Positions 12,330-24,971 of a stretch of 64,000 nucleotides of DNA are shown here, piece by piece (position 1 is the stretch's first letter; each line of letters opens with the position of its first letter). Origin of the DNA: Blastocladiella emersonii ATCC 22665 (taxonomy: Eukaryota > Fungi > Blastocladiomycota); the NCBI GenBank assembly GCA_025594325.1, contig JANHCV010000009.1, positions 1,678,283 to 1,742,282 of the forward strand, written 5' to 3'. Under the pieces are notes generated by a model. The model saw only the letters and a program-made list of their open reading frames with translations, did no database searches and was not told the origin of the DNA. The position numbers and the translations under genes are program-made.

Positions 12330-14469
12330 TCAGTCGCTAATGTAGCCCTCACCCTCAGCAAAGCTAAACTCGCTCATGAAGTCCTTGAGGTGATGCGCGC
12401 CGCCCGCAGCGCCGCCGCCACCCTGCCCGGCACCTGGCGCCATGCTCAGGTCGTCGAGCGCGCCGAGGGCCTCGGAAAAGTAGTCGCCCGGCGACCGCCG
12501 CCCGTGCTGCTGCTGCTGCTGATGCGCGTGGTGGGACCCGCCGCGCGCGGGCGACGGCATGTACTTGATGGTCGACGAGTTGCGCGGCGCGTTGCCCGAG
12601 TTGTTGAGGCTGCCCGAGCTGCCGCTGTTGTCCGAGACCATCATGCCGCCACCGTTGCCGCCCGCCGCGCCGCCGGCCCCGCCGCCGCCGTACGACAGCG
12701 TCGAGCTGCTCGACATGCGCTGGGCGCGCGCGGCGCCCGACACCGACGCGTTGCGCGCGTGCTGCGCCACGGCGCCCGGGGACATGGTCGCGGTGTCGCC
12801 GCCGCCGCCGCGCATGCCGCCGAGGCCCTTGATGGGCGACGCGGCCGTGGACCCAGGCAGCGGGATGCTGGCCATGAGACCCTTGGTGGGCGTCATCATG
12901 GGGCTGCCGGCGGCGCCGCTGGGCCCGTTGTCGACGAGGACCGAGATGCCGCCCGAGCACTTGATGTCCAGCTGCACGTCGATCGAGTCGCGGAAGAACT
13001 TGAAGTCGTGCAGCTCCTGGCGCAGCTGCTGGTGGCGGGCCCACGAGAAGAGGAACTGGGTCGCGTCGCCGGCCTGCTGGTAGGCGAGGAAGCGCTCGAG
13101 GCGCAGGATCTCCTCGAGCTGGCGGTGCAGCTCGCACTCGTCGCTCGCCAGCACGTTGCGCTTGGCCTGCGTGATGGCGGCCAGGTCCGCCGTCGCCTTC
13201 TTGTAGATGTCGTCAATGTGCTGCTGCACCACGGCCGCGTGCTTGTCGAGCGCCTTGGACCGCGCCGACAGGCACACAACCTGGTTCTGGATGGCCTGCT
13301 TGCGGCTGGTGAGGATGTTGTCCGTCTATGCGCGCGACAGGAGGTAGTGAGTGGGATGTTCACGCGATAATCGAGTATGGAGGAAGTACCAGCTGAGACT
13401 CGGCCATGACGGTGGTGTAGGCCTCGCCGACCGAGACGAGCTTGTGCTTGGCGGCCTCGCCGGCGGCGTGGTGTCCGACCATCTTGCAGTAGACGCAGAC
13501 GGGGACGTGGCACTGCGAGCAGAAGAACTCGATGAGCTTCTCCGGGTGGTGGCGGCAGTGGCCAAAGACGTCGGCGCCCTTGCCGATCGGGGTGCGGACG
13601 TGGCGCGACACGAGCTTGTTGGCCGAGTGCAGCTGGTGGTCGCACGACTTGCACAGGTTGGCCGAGTCGGCGGCGCAGTAGAACTCGGCGAGCGCCGTCT
13701 CGCAGTTGTCGCAGCTCGGTTTCTGTGCAGGGGTGGGCGTGGGGTGAGTTGACGAAGCGGGAGCTGAGTCAAGCAGAAGATGAGTACCTCGTGCAGCTTG
13801 CGCTCCTTCTCGGGGTCGTACTCATACTGGACGAGGTACATGGGCAGGACCTGGGCGGCGTTGGTCAAAAAGTACTCGTGGTAGTACTTGGCCTCGTCGC
13901 CGTCGGCGGCCTGGCGCACGATGCTGTCATTCTCGAGCGGCAGGTACCAGCTGTCGTAGCCGTCGGGCAGCGGGTCGCGCGCGGCGCCGTCGGGCGAGTT
14001 GATGTAGGCGCGGCCGATGCCGATCTTGCACAGGATGGCCTTGCGGATGTTCTTGCCCGCGGGACCCGAGGTGGTGCCGTTTGCGCCGCGGTCTACACAG
14101 GCGCGTCGTGGTCAGCTCGTGGACCCGCATCGGGAAAAGGTGAACAAGATAGGCACCCTTGGCGACGAGGTGCGAGACCTTGAGCGAGCCAATGCCAACC
14201 TTGAGGCCGGGGACCGTGTTGTTGAAGGCAAAGCCGCGGCGCAGCACCTCCTCCTCCGAGTTGGAGGCGGGCAGCAGGTTGGTGTCGACCCACGTGTCGA
14301 GGGTCAGGATGTCGTGGCACCGCTTCTCGAACTGGACCGTGACGTGCGGGTTCGACAGCGCGTGCGCGGCGACGATGCGGGCCGACGACGCGCGCAGCGA
14401 CAGCTGCAGAAAGTACTCGAGGTACGCGAACTGCGGGCTGTTGCTCGCGAGCGCGGTGCGTTCTGCCAT
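12330..14469 (-). CDS. B-box zinc-finger / coiled-coil protein with N-terminal PARP-like (ART-fold) region, 4 exons
   Basis: Spliced product contains B-box1 CDNC...FYCAADSANLCKSCDHQLH...RH and B-box2 CRHHPEKLIEFFCSQCHVPVCVYC...H. These are preceded by ILCKIGIGRAY...YHEYFLTNAAQVLPMYLVQY and followed by a coiled coil. Three GT-AG introns restore the frame. Confidence 0.8.
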
Positions 14470-14867
14470 GGCCGGTAGTGTGGTGGCGTGGTTGCGGTGG
14501 AGAGCAGGAGAGAGGGGATGGCGGGTGCGACCGGACAAAAGAGAAAGGCGCGCGACGCGTCGCGAAACGCGTCGGGGCGGGAGACAGGGCGGCGCACGTG
14601 GCGCGCTCCGATCGTCAGGTGACGCGGATTTGACTGCCGGGTCGGCGCGGTCGGCGCGGCGCGGTTCCCGGGTCTCACGACGCCCGCGGCCCCCGCCCTC
14701 CCCCCACGCCCGCCCGCCCGCACACACCGCCACTGCATGCATCGCACCCCACTACCCATGTAAACTGAGCCTCGACGGCCGCACGCCCGATCCGCGACCC
14801 CCACCCGCCCGCCGCTGCCCGCTGCGCGCGCGACCCGCCCTCCATCCCCGCCCGCCCGCCCGCCACC

Positions 14868-17800
14868 ATGACCGGCCGCGGCGGCTCCATCGACGAGGCC
14901 GTCACCGCGCTCATCACCAAGCCGGTGTTCGCCGACAAGCTGTTCGCCATCTACCGCAAGAACGGCCTGGTCGCCCACGACCTGTTCGTCACCATCAACA
15001 CGGACCCGACCGTCGTCGTGTCGCGCGCCAGCTCGGTGCGCCCGTCCTCGGCCGGCACCCCCGCCACCCTCTCCGCCACCTCCTCGGCGACCCACACGCC
15101 TGAGAGCTCGGGGGTCTCGCCCGCCGACGCGCCCGCCGGGCCGGGCGTGCTGCTCGCCGCGTCGGTGCTGCCCGCCCGCCCGCCGCGCCCGCCGCCACCG
15201 CTCCCGATCGCCCTCGACTTCGACTTTGACGAGGAGCGCGACCGCCGCGAGTGGATGAACCCGGACGCGCTGCAGCAGTGGGTCCACGCCTTTGGCATCA
15301 ACCCGCGCCTGTCGTTCCTCGAGGTGAAACACACCGAGGGCCTCCCGGCGCGCCGCCCGCGCGGCCACGACTGGGTCGTAAAGTCGCCGTCGCCCGACTC
15401 GCCGCCGCTCGCCCTCCCGTCCGGCGGCCCGCTCGCCATGCGCGACGCGCGCGACGGCTACGACGACCTCCTCGAAGACTATATCTGCCTCCGCGACCAC
15501 CAGAATTTGACCTGGGCACGGCAAAAGTATATACACCGCGTATTCTCTGCTCTACCTCTGCCCCTGCCTCTACCTCCCCCACCGTTGCCACAGGGGAATT
15601 TTCTGTTCACAGTGCTGACACATAGCGCCGCTCTCCGCGTTCTAGTGTCACCGACGGCGAGACCCAGGAGCGCGGAAAGAACTTTGACAAGGCCCTCAAG
15701 CTCTACTCGACTGCCATCGAAATCTACCCCAAGCACATCCCCGCCTGGCTCGCCCGCGCCAAGCTGTACGGCTTCTCTTTGCTCTCGCTCACGCCCTCCG
15801 AACCAGCATGCTAATTGGCCGTCGCCTCGAACAGCCGCTTCCACCTCAACCAGTACACGGACGCCCTCTCCGACATCCGCTCCGTTCTCACCGAAGATGT
15901 GGCCCACCTCGAGGCCCGCGCCCTCGCTGCGACTCTCATCGAGCAGCTCGACATCAGCGAGAACGTGGACCTCCCCGGCTTCGGCAAAAACTCGTCGCCT
16001 TCACCTTCGCCTTCGCCCGCGCCACCCCAACCGGCTCCCGCACCCGCACCAGCACCCGCACCAGCAGTTGATCCACCAGCACCTGCAGATTCCGCTCGGG
16101 AACCCACCGCCGCCACCGCTCCCGCCGCCCCGCCACAAGCTGACCGCAGCAGCAGCAGTGGACCCCGCTTCGCCGACGAAGGCCCCGCACCCGCGCCGCC
16201 GACCCAGCCCGCCATCCGTGACCCCGGATCCAACCGCTCCGCCAACCCCATTACCCGCAACAACAGCGAGGACGACCTTCGGTCCCTCCACTCGCACCGC
16301 GGGCCCCACGATACCCCCGGTGGCGGTGCTGACGGCGACGGATCCAACCGGCTACCGCCTCGCCCACGCGATCGGGACCGTGAGCGCAATCGCGATCGTG
16401 ACCGCGATCGCGACCGTAGTCGGTTCTCGGACCGGAGTCGCGACCGCGATCGCGACCGACGCGGACCCCGTCCCAGATCTACTTCCCCGCGGCCGCAGGG
16501 TCCCGGCTCGCCGCCGACCAAGCGGCCGAGGCTTCAGTCGAACCACGGCAAGGACTGGCCTAGGAGGCGGTCTCGCTCGCGCTCGCGCTCGCGCACTCGG
16601 TTTGACGAGCGAACCCTCCCGCGCCGTCTCGAGCGGTTTGACGGCCGTGGACAGGGCAAGTACCCACGCCGCGACGACGTGCGGGAGTACCGCGACCAGA
16701 ATCGCGGCTGGGATGACAATCGCGCGCGCGGACCTGACCGCCGTTCTCAGTCCTCGGAATCCCGCCGCCACCGACGCGCCCGGTCCAAATCGCCCTCTTC
16801 GCACGCCCCGCATCCGCGCTCTCCGCCATTCCCGCTCCTGCGCGCCTTCGCGCCCGGCGGTGCGACCGCGAGCAGCACCGCCAGCAGCTTGCACGGCGCG
16901 AACCAGCGTCCGCGGTCGCCCGGCCCGCGCGTCGACCAGTTCGGCCGTCTCCGCAAGCAGCCGCAGTCTGGGTCGCGGTCGCGATCCCGCTCGCGCTCTA
17001 CTTCTCCACCGCGACCCCGCCAGCGCACCCGATCGCGGTCCCGGTCGCGGTCCCCGCGCGGCCGTCGGTCAAGGTCCCCGTCGTATTACCGGAAACGGTC
17101 GCCGCAGCAATCCGCCCGCCGGCACCGCGACGCACACGGTCCGCCTGGCGCAGGGTCGGGACCGGCAAACCGTACGCGCGGACGGTCCGTGTCCCGCTCG
17201 CACTCGCGGTCCCCATCACGGCGTACTGGTTCCCCGCGGCGCGGCCGCGCCCGGTCGTGGTCGCGCTCGCGCTCCCGCTCGCGGACCCCGCCATCGCGGG
17301 CGACTGGGGACTCGACCCCTCCTCGTGCTCGGTCCGCGCGTGCGGACGATCGCGCTCCGCGTAAGCACACGCGGACCGTCACGCGGTCGCGTTCACGCAC
17401 CGTGTCTCGGTCCCGGTCCCGCTCGCGTTCGAGGTCGCGGTCCCGCTCGCGATCCGTATCGCGTGTCGGCACGCCGGCCAGCGAGAAACACGTTCCGCCC
17501 GCGCCGGTGTTCGAGGCACGGGACGGGGCTGGACGGGAGTCGCCCCGTCGAGAGTCCCCGCGGCTTCACTCAGACTGGCATCCGCCGCCGCAGGTCGCCC
17601 CCACGGACCCGCTCACCGAATCGACGTCGGCTCCGGCTGCTTCCGCCGCCGCTGATCCCGCGCCGCCCAAGGCTGAATCGGTCGATACCAAACCACCATC
17701 CGCGCCTGCCGCCGCCGGCCCCGCACATGACGCACCGCAGCAAAAGGGGCCCATGTCGCCGTCGCTCGCGCTCCCGCCGCGCCCGGCCAAGATGTCGCCC

Positions 17801-18904
17801 GCGGTGCCGGTCCGCGGCCGCCTGCTGTCGGGATCCCGCGGCTCGCCCTCATCGAGGTTTTCGCCCGTCGCCAAGGGTAAGGCCGACCTCGCGCCCGTGG
17901 CGTCGCCTGCCCCGGCAGCTCCAGCGGCTGACATGAGCCAGCTCGGTCCGCTGCAGCAGCACCCGCTTCCTCCCCCGCCCCCGCCCGCGCTGGTGCTCCC
18001 GCAACCCGGACCGTCGGACGCGGCACTACCTGCAGCGCCAGTCGCCGCGGCTGCCGCCCCTGCGTCCGACGCGCCGCCCGAGAAGAAAGCGCCGCAGCCG
18101 ATCCAGTGGAAGACGCCGCCGCAGCGGAAACGGCCGCGCGACGTCGTCGAGAGCGACTGGGACCTGGCGTCGCCGCCGCCGAACCAGCAGCAGCAGCAGC
18201 AGCGGCCACCCACCCATCCGCAGCAGCGCCAGCCGAAACAGCAGCGGACGGACGCGCACGCGGTGGGGCCAAAGCGCGGCCCACTGCCCGCTGCCGCCGC
18301 GAGTGACGGCTCCGTCAGCGTGTCGCCCGCGGAGACGCCGATCCTGTCGAACCGCCTCTCGGGCATGCGCACCGCAAGCGGCGGTACCCCCGGCTGGCCC
18401 TCGGCCGACGAGATCGCCGCGCGCCGCGTCGCCGCGAGTCCTGCGGCGGCCCCGCTGGTCCCCGTCCCGTCCACCGCGCTGCCGCCTCCTCCCACGCTCC
18501 CGTCGCGCATCCCGCAGCCAACCGCTGGGCCGCGACACGCGCCCGCGCCGACCCGGCTGTCCGACAAGATGGTCATGGGCCCCTCCCCACAGGCGCCGAC
18601 GAGTCCCGGGCCACGAAGCCCGCCTCACGGGAATGGCAGCGGACCCCGCGGCGGCGGTCACTTTGGCCGGCACGGGAGCGCTTCCCACCAGTCGATCGCG
18701 TCCCGCCTTAAGTCCCCGCCGGGCGTGGAGCGTCCACCAACCGCCTCGGAGCGCCGTAACGAGCGCAACGAGGGGACCCGGCCCGGGCACGCCTTCGGCC
18801 CGCGGAGAGGCGGCGGTGCGGGTGGCGGCGCCAACCAGCAGAACCCGCTGCACCTCTTCCTCACCAAGAACCGGCCTAACTGGCCGCACGGGCGCAAGAA
18901 GTGA
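14868..18904 (+). CDS. TPR protein with long RS/RD-rich low-complexity tail (TTC14-like), 3 exons
   Basis: Introns 15527-15645 and 15766-15834 join WMNPDALQQWVHAFGI...LRDHQNLTWARQN to TPR helices (FDKALKLYSTAIEIYPKHIPAWLARAKLRFHLNQYTDAL), followed by many RSRSRS and RDRDRD runs. The TTC14 resemblance is from recalled architecture only. Confidence 0.75.
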
Positions 18905-19077
18905 GTACTCGTCGTGCGCGGGAGTTCGGTCCAGTTCTGAAAGATATATTGTGTCGATTACCGCTGCTGGTTCAGGCCAAGTGCGCCTTTGCTGAGCTGA
19001 CGGGTTCGGTCGCCGTGGTGGGCTGTCCGCGGGCCCGGCCGCATCTAGTTGTTCGCCGCTAAACCACGGACTTTGGT

Positions 19078-21862
19078 CACCACCAAACCGCGCCTGCCGA
19101 GGGCCCATGGATCCAGGGTGGATCACCTCGAGCCTTCCAGCGCTGAATCGACCTCTTGATCAACGCTTGATCCAGATTTCGTAGACTGGATCTACAATCA
19201 TGAAAGGTGGATCCAGCCTTGACTGGCGCGAGCTGGAATGAGGCTTGACAGCAGCCTGGATCAAGACGTTGATCCATTTTCAAAAATGTGGACCCACTCC
19301 TCGATCCACGCGCCCTGGGATCAACTTGTTGGAAAAGTACTTCTACGCGTCGATCAACGTCCAAATCCAACTCGTGCGCAAGCGAAACCAGGAGCTCATC
19401 AACGATGACCATGGTGGTGAAGGAACTCGTGCGAAAACGCATCGAAATGGTCGCAACGACCCAGAAAAGCATTTGAGGGAGCCGAACGCAACTCGACGTG
19501 TTCGTGCTGCTGCAGGATGAGCTTGAGCCCGTCACCAAACGTCGTGTTCGCGGAAGGATCGCGGTGGTCCACAAAGTTAAGCGAGTTGGCGAGCTGCGGC
19601 ATCATGAGCAGCGTGAGGCTCGCAGCGTCTCGTAAGCGTTGATGAAGTACTCGGTGTACCAGCCCTGGTGCACCGACGATAGCTGGTTCCCATTTGGTGC
19701 GACGCGGAGGAAGGCCGAGACGGCTGAGAGCGACATGATGTGGAACTTGTACGTGGCGAGCAGAGTGGTACGGAGAACAAACTCTGCGCGGCGTAAAGGC
19801 CCAGCACAACGACGTGCGGTACTGACACGAAGAGGTGGAAGTGCTTGACGACTGTGCTTTCGAGTTGCATGCCGTCCAACTCCAGGTCGACGAGCCAGGT
19901 GCGCGTTTCCCCTCGACCAAGCGCAACGGAGGGCAACGACGCGCTCAACACCTCACTTTCAACTCATAAAGCTTGAAGATGCAAGGGTTCTCACGACCGC
20001 CGTGACGACATCTTCCCGGGGAGATGGCTGCACTGGAACTTGGCTTGCCCGCCGACCAGGTCCGTATCGACCAAGTTCCAACGCTCACGTCACTGCCATG
20101 CGCTCGCGGCAAGTAATTCATAGATTATTCATAGGGTGCAACGTCGAGGTGCCGTCGCCGGGAGGGGAGAGCGTGCCGCTGCAGCGAAGCGCGGGGCGAA
20201 ACGCGTCGAAGCCAACGTCACGTGAGCGCGTCGGTCGTTCCGGGACTTCGCTCGCGGCGGCTCGCGCCAGCACCCCTGCTCGCGCTCCCTCGCTCCATCA
20301 CTACCGAACATGCTATCGACCCACTCGACACCCGCGACCTCGTGCAACCGCCTGGATCACCACCCCTCGGCCTCCATGTAACTCGTGTCGACGCGCATCC
20401 GCCCGACGCCGCCACAGGCCCGCGCCGCTCGGTGACTTCCACGGTTTGCGTCTCTCGCCTTCTCCTCCCCCGCGATGTGCATCCGCAGTCACGCCTCAAC
20501 TCCGCCGACACGCCCTGCACGCGTCGACGGGACTCGCGCCCGCCGCTCTCGAGGGTCACGCCGCGTTCCCACGCCTTCCGCGCCGGCTGTCCGTTCGCTC
20601 ACTGACGTACCCCACGCCGCGACCGCTTTGCCCTGCTTTCTAACCTTCGAAAAGCACCTCAAGCTGTAGCGGCGCTCGTGGGGGTCCGCGGCAACGTGTT
20701 TGCGTCGATACTGACCAAGATCGCGACATGGTACGCGGTGTGCGACTCGGCCCACACAAGCCGAGACTAATATGTTTGCGGACGCCATGACTAGCGCGCC
20801 GAGTACGCCAAGTCGCGGTGACAAGGGTCGCGCCGTCGCCCTTCGCGTCGACTCGCCCACGACGCGCTCAAGTCCACGCGGTACGGTTCTTCTCCTTCGC
20901 GTTCTCGGCGCGACTCGCGCTGCGTGCGGATGACGCAGACTTCGAGCTCTCAAGCAGTCTTGCACGTGTCGTCGGCCCGGGTCTCGGCGACGTGGCTCGC
21001 GCGCTAGCGTCGATCGGACTCTTCGCCTGACTCATCGCTCACTTGTCTCCGCCCCGTCGCCCATAGCCTCGCTTTACCGCAACAAGCTGCTGCTGCCCTC
21101 GCCCATCAACTGGTCAGAGTTGCCCTCAAGCACGCAGTACTCGTTCATGGTCAAGGTACGCGACTCGGCCTCACCCATCACGGTCTCCGACTTACGCAGA
21201 TGGTTCCCTCCTGTCTAGTACATCGAGAGCAACTTCACGATCCAGTCGTCGAGGCCGATGTCGCCGACTGAGCCAGCTGCGGGTGCGAGGACGGGTCCGA
21301 GGTGCACTCGAGGCGTCACGGTACTTGTTCTTGCCTCGCTGCTGACCGACTTTGCGCTCACAATGATCTCTCCTCGCATCGTAGGCCATATGCGGCAAGA
21401 TCCCGCTTGATCGTCATCAAGCTGGCCGCGAGGATCACCGCCACTGGGGTTCCTCCCTCATCGTCCCTCATCCTCCCTCATCTTCTTACCCGCCAGCTGT
21501 CTACCTGTGTCGCTCTCGATTCGCGGATATATTGCGTGGTTTGAGCCCTGGGATCATCGATGGACCGCGACCTGGATCCGGATATATTGAGCCGTGAGCG
21601 ACACCTTGATCCCTGGCGTGATCCACGCTGAGACAAAGTGAATCCACTGCTCGATCAAGCTGAAGATCCACATTGACCAACAGCTTGATCCACATGAGAG
21701 GCCCGTGCAGTTTGCGGGTGGATCGAGCTCGCCCAAGCTGGATCCACGCTTGATCCAGAAGAGTAATATCGCGATCCACATCCCCCCGAGGTCCATCCAG
21801 TCCACGGCTGGATCCAGGGTGGATCCACTTCAAATGGCTGGGGCACGGACGGTTCGGTGATG
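19078..21862. mobile_element. Non-autonomous TIR DNA transposon B (2,785 bp), CA...TG termini, 2-bp TSD GT
   Basis: Left end CACCACCAAACCGCGCCTGCC versus reverse complement of right end CATCACCGAACCGTCCGTGCC (16/21 identical), with GT on both flanks. GATC-dense subterminal blocks at 19108-19355 and 21550-21826. The interior holds broken reading frames. Confidence 0.6.
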
Positions 21863-22680
21863 GTCGCGAACTTGATTATTCGCTTCCCGTGCATGTCGTC
21901 GCTGTTGATGCCCGTGGCCACGACCTCAGCCTCTCACGTCCAACGTGCAACCGATGCATCCGTGATCTCTCGCTTGTGCTATCCCGGCGCCTGATTGATT
22001 GGTTATTGCTGGTAAAGCTTGTAGGCCGACTTTCGACCTTGAAACGGAGGGAATTATGAACGACGTGTTACCTAGTCGCGTAGTCGTAACAGACCGCCGC
22101 CGCCCATGTTTCATGCTCGCGTGAGTGGCGCGTCCGCGTGGTCTCCGCAGCGGTCGTTTCCGTAAATTGCGATCCTCATCGGCTCAAAACAATGGCGTTT
22201 GGTGTTACGCGTCGTTCATGCGGTGGTGATCGGGGTGATCATCCACCTGATCTCGCGTGTTTCGCCCGCAACCGCCTCTTTCGCCCCGCCGCGACCCCGC
22301 GGCGGCGCTCCCGCTTTTGTCATCCTCTCTCCCTCACCCAGCCCTGGTTCGCGGCCGAGGCAGGAATACACAACCCTGACTAGCTGTATCGTGTCTCCTC
22401 GAGTCCCCTCCTTCGCCACTCAACATTTGGGACCAAATGATACTGAATGCACTCGACAACGAATCCCACGGACGCCGTGCGATTTGGTGAACGCCCGCAG
22501 CCAAGCTCTCTCGTCGACATGGAAAGCAGCGCCGAAAATATTATTACCTACGCTTTGCAGAGCGCAGCTATCCCAATTGACAGAGATGGGCTTGGAATGT
22601 TGACTAGGATAGGATACAGCGAAGCGAGCGGAGGAGGGCCAGAACGACGTGAAAGGCGCAAAATGCCCAGCTCAGTGGTC

Positions 22681-24971
22681 TTAGTTCTCGTCGTGAGCGA
22701 GGTCCGCTGCATCAAGCTGATCCAGATCGAGAGCTAGGTCATTATCGGCCTCGATGCTGAAGGCCGCGTTGGACAGAGCGTCGAGCAGCGGTGCAGGCAC
22801 GGGCGAGTGAGCCTCGATGAAGGCGGGTACCCACTGGGGGTTCGCGCGCGCAAACGACTCGAGCAAGTACTCTATCGGTCCGCCGCAGGGTGCGGTCGGT
22901 GCACAACACGTGTTTCCTCGCTCTTCGATGAGCGCGTTTGCCAAGTCGGAGGCGAGTGCACGCGGTTGCTCGAAGACCCGGCCCGGAACGCTGCGGTCGC
23001 GCTCCATGCCAACACTGCACACCGCGGAAGGGAACTGCGACAGAAGCGTGTCGAGCGAGTCGCGAAACGCGGGCTGGTATGTGAACGGACACCTGGGACA
23101 GAGCTCCAGACCCGGGGAAGCCAAGTCATTCCGCAAAAGGTTGTTGGACGAGGTCCATAACATCTCCTTGAGCCAGCAGGCCGCAGTGCCCGTCTCGGCC
23201 AGTACGTTGAGAGCCCGGGCACGCGTTGCGGTTGAGCTGATAGCCGTGGTGGCAACGAATGCGAGAAGGGTCGAGCAGCCGGTGGGCAGGTCGTCAGTCT
23301 CGTATTCGACGCGCTGCATCACATTGCTGGCGATAGTGAGGATGTCGATTGAGTCGGCGACTACGTCCTGACCAAGGAACCGTTCAAGCGCAAGCAGTGG
23401 CGAGTCTCCGTTTGTGTTCGCGCAGCTGAGGATCGAATCAACGAACACGTCCAAGAAATTGAGGAGCGCCAAGTCGCACGCAAAGCGCAAGAGCTCCTGA
23501 GGAACAGTTGAGGCATTAAATGATGTGACTTTGAATGGGTCAAATCGTGGCTTTGCAAGCGAGAGACGAATTGCTAGTTATCCGTACAGTAATGATGTGA
23601 GTTTTTGCCGTAATCAACAGCAAGTACAGGGCATACTACAGCCAAGAGCACCGTACCTTCTTTGACTGTTGTGAGCCATTGCACATTTCCGAGGTGTGCG
23701 CGAATTAGGTCAAGACACCCGGGAGAGCCTTGCAGGGCTCCCAGAAGAGCCAGGCTCCACTCCCAGGACTCGATGTCAAGCAAATCGTGTTCAAGAACAA
23801 CGGCAAACGCAGCGGGAGTGATTGAAGACGGGCAACGCTGGAACCACGAAAGAACAAGCTTGGCAAGGTCACTCCGGTGCTGCTCTTGCATGCCCTCGAG
23901 TACGACAGGGGCGTGGCGCGTGAGCGCGTCATGGAGAGCAGCCGGCCCAAACGAGGCAATCCGAACAGCGAGGGGACCTATGTGTGCAGCAGCCGTATTC
24001 GTCCAGCCGTGACCTGCAAGCCAATGGAAGACTTGCATTTTGGTACCAGCCACGGGCGGCCTCAAAGAGTTTGGAAGCGGTTCGCTCAGGCTGCTGACCA
24101 GCCGGGACGCAATTGAATCGTGTCGAAGGTACTCAACTAGGGCAGGGATGTCGAGGCCCACGCGCGGTTCAAGCAAGGGTTCGAGCGCTTTAAAGGACCA
24201 GCGGAAAACGGCTGCGGACGCGAGATACTCGATAAGGCGTTGCGGTTGGTCGTCCCAGTTGTTTAATGCATAAGGCGGCGGCAGCATGTCCGTACGCTCG
24301 CCCGACGCGTGGCCCGTACGCCATGACCATACGCACGGCGGTCGGGTGATCTGCAAAAGCCGCGGACAGAAATCGACGACCTGATTGAGCAGCGAGCGGT
24401 AAATTGTGTAGCACTTATTCGCGCCAGCTGCAAGTAGGAGCTCAGCGTAGTGCATGATTTTGAAACGGCGGCTCAAGTGCGGAGTGTCCGCAACGGCTGC
24501 GCGACTTTCGGCCTCGAGTTGTTGAACGGATTTTCCCAACGCCAAGCGTGCAAGGTGCGGTCCGCTGTACGATTCCAAAAAATCAACGAGTAGTTTGGGC
24601 GGGTGGGCTTGGGAGAAGTCACCGGGGGTCAGCGGCAAGCGCTCGATCAAAGTCCGTATTTCGAACCTGGCGCACGATCTGGGCCGTGTCTGCTGAGGGT
24701 TTGCAGCCTGGATTGTCGGCGAGAGAGTAGCTGCGAAATAGGGGCCAAGCTCTGGAAGCACTTTGACGACGGTGCCGAGCTGCGCGATCTTGCGGAAGGA
24801 CCAACTGGCGAGAACAGGACGTTCCGTGACAGTGTGCAGCAGGAGCTTTGAGGCAGCGGCAACGGCATAGCGGGGCTGAGCGAGCTGACACATGAGAATC
24901 AAGAGTTCGGGCGGCATGTCACCGAGGGCACGCGGTAGCGATTCGGTAGCCGAGTGCATCGAGTGATCCAT
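22681..24971 (-). CDS. Hypothetical protein with F-box-like N-terminus, 2 exons
   Basis: N-terminal ALGDMPPELLILMC resembles an F-box start. Phase-1 intron 23574-23656 (GTACGG...CTAG) removes the stop and joins ORFs 23574..25055 and 22681..23490, which are in the same frame. Confidence 0.6.

Noticed and set aside
19108-21825. LTR element suggested by the direct repeat GGATCCAGGGTGGATC at both ends
   Set aside because: The repeat is only 16 bp and built from palindromic TGGATCCA units. There is no PBS, PPT or gag/pol, and inverted termini with a 2-bp TSD explain it better.
21926-22680. Small ORFs and splice-like signals between element B and the F-box-like gene
   Set aside because: No consistent gene model or recognisable domain could be built.
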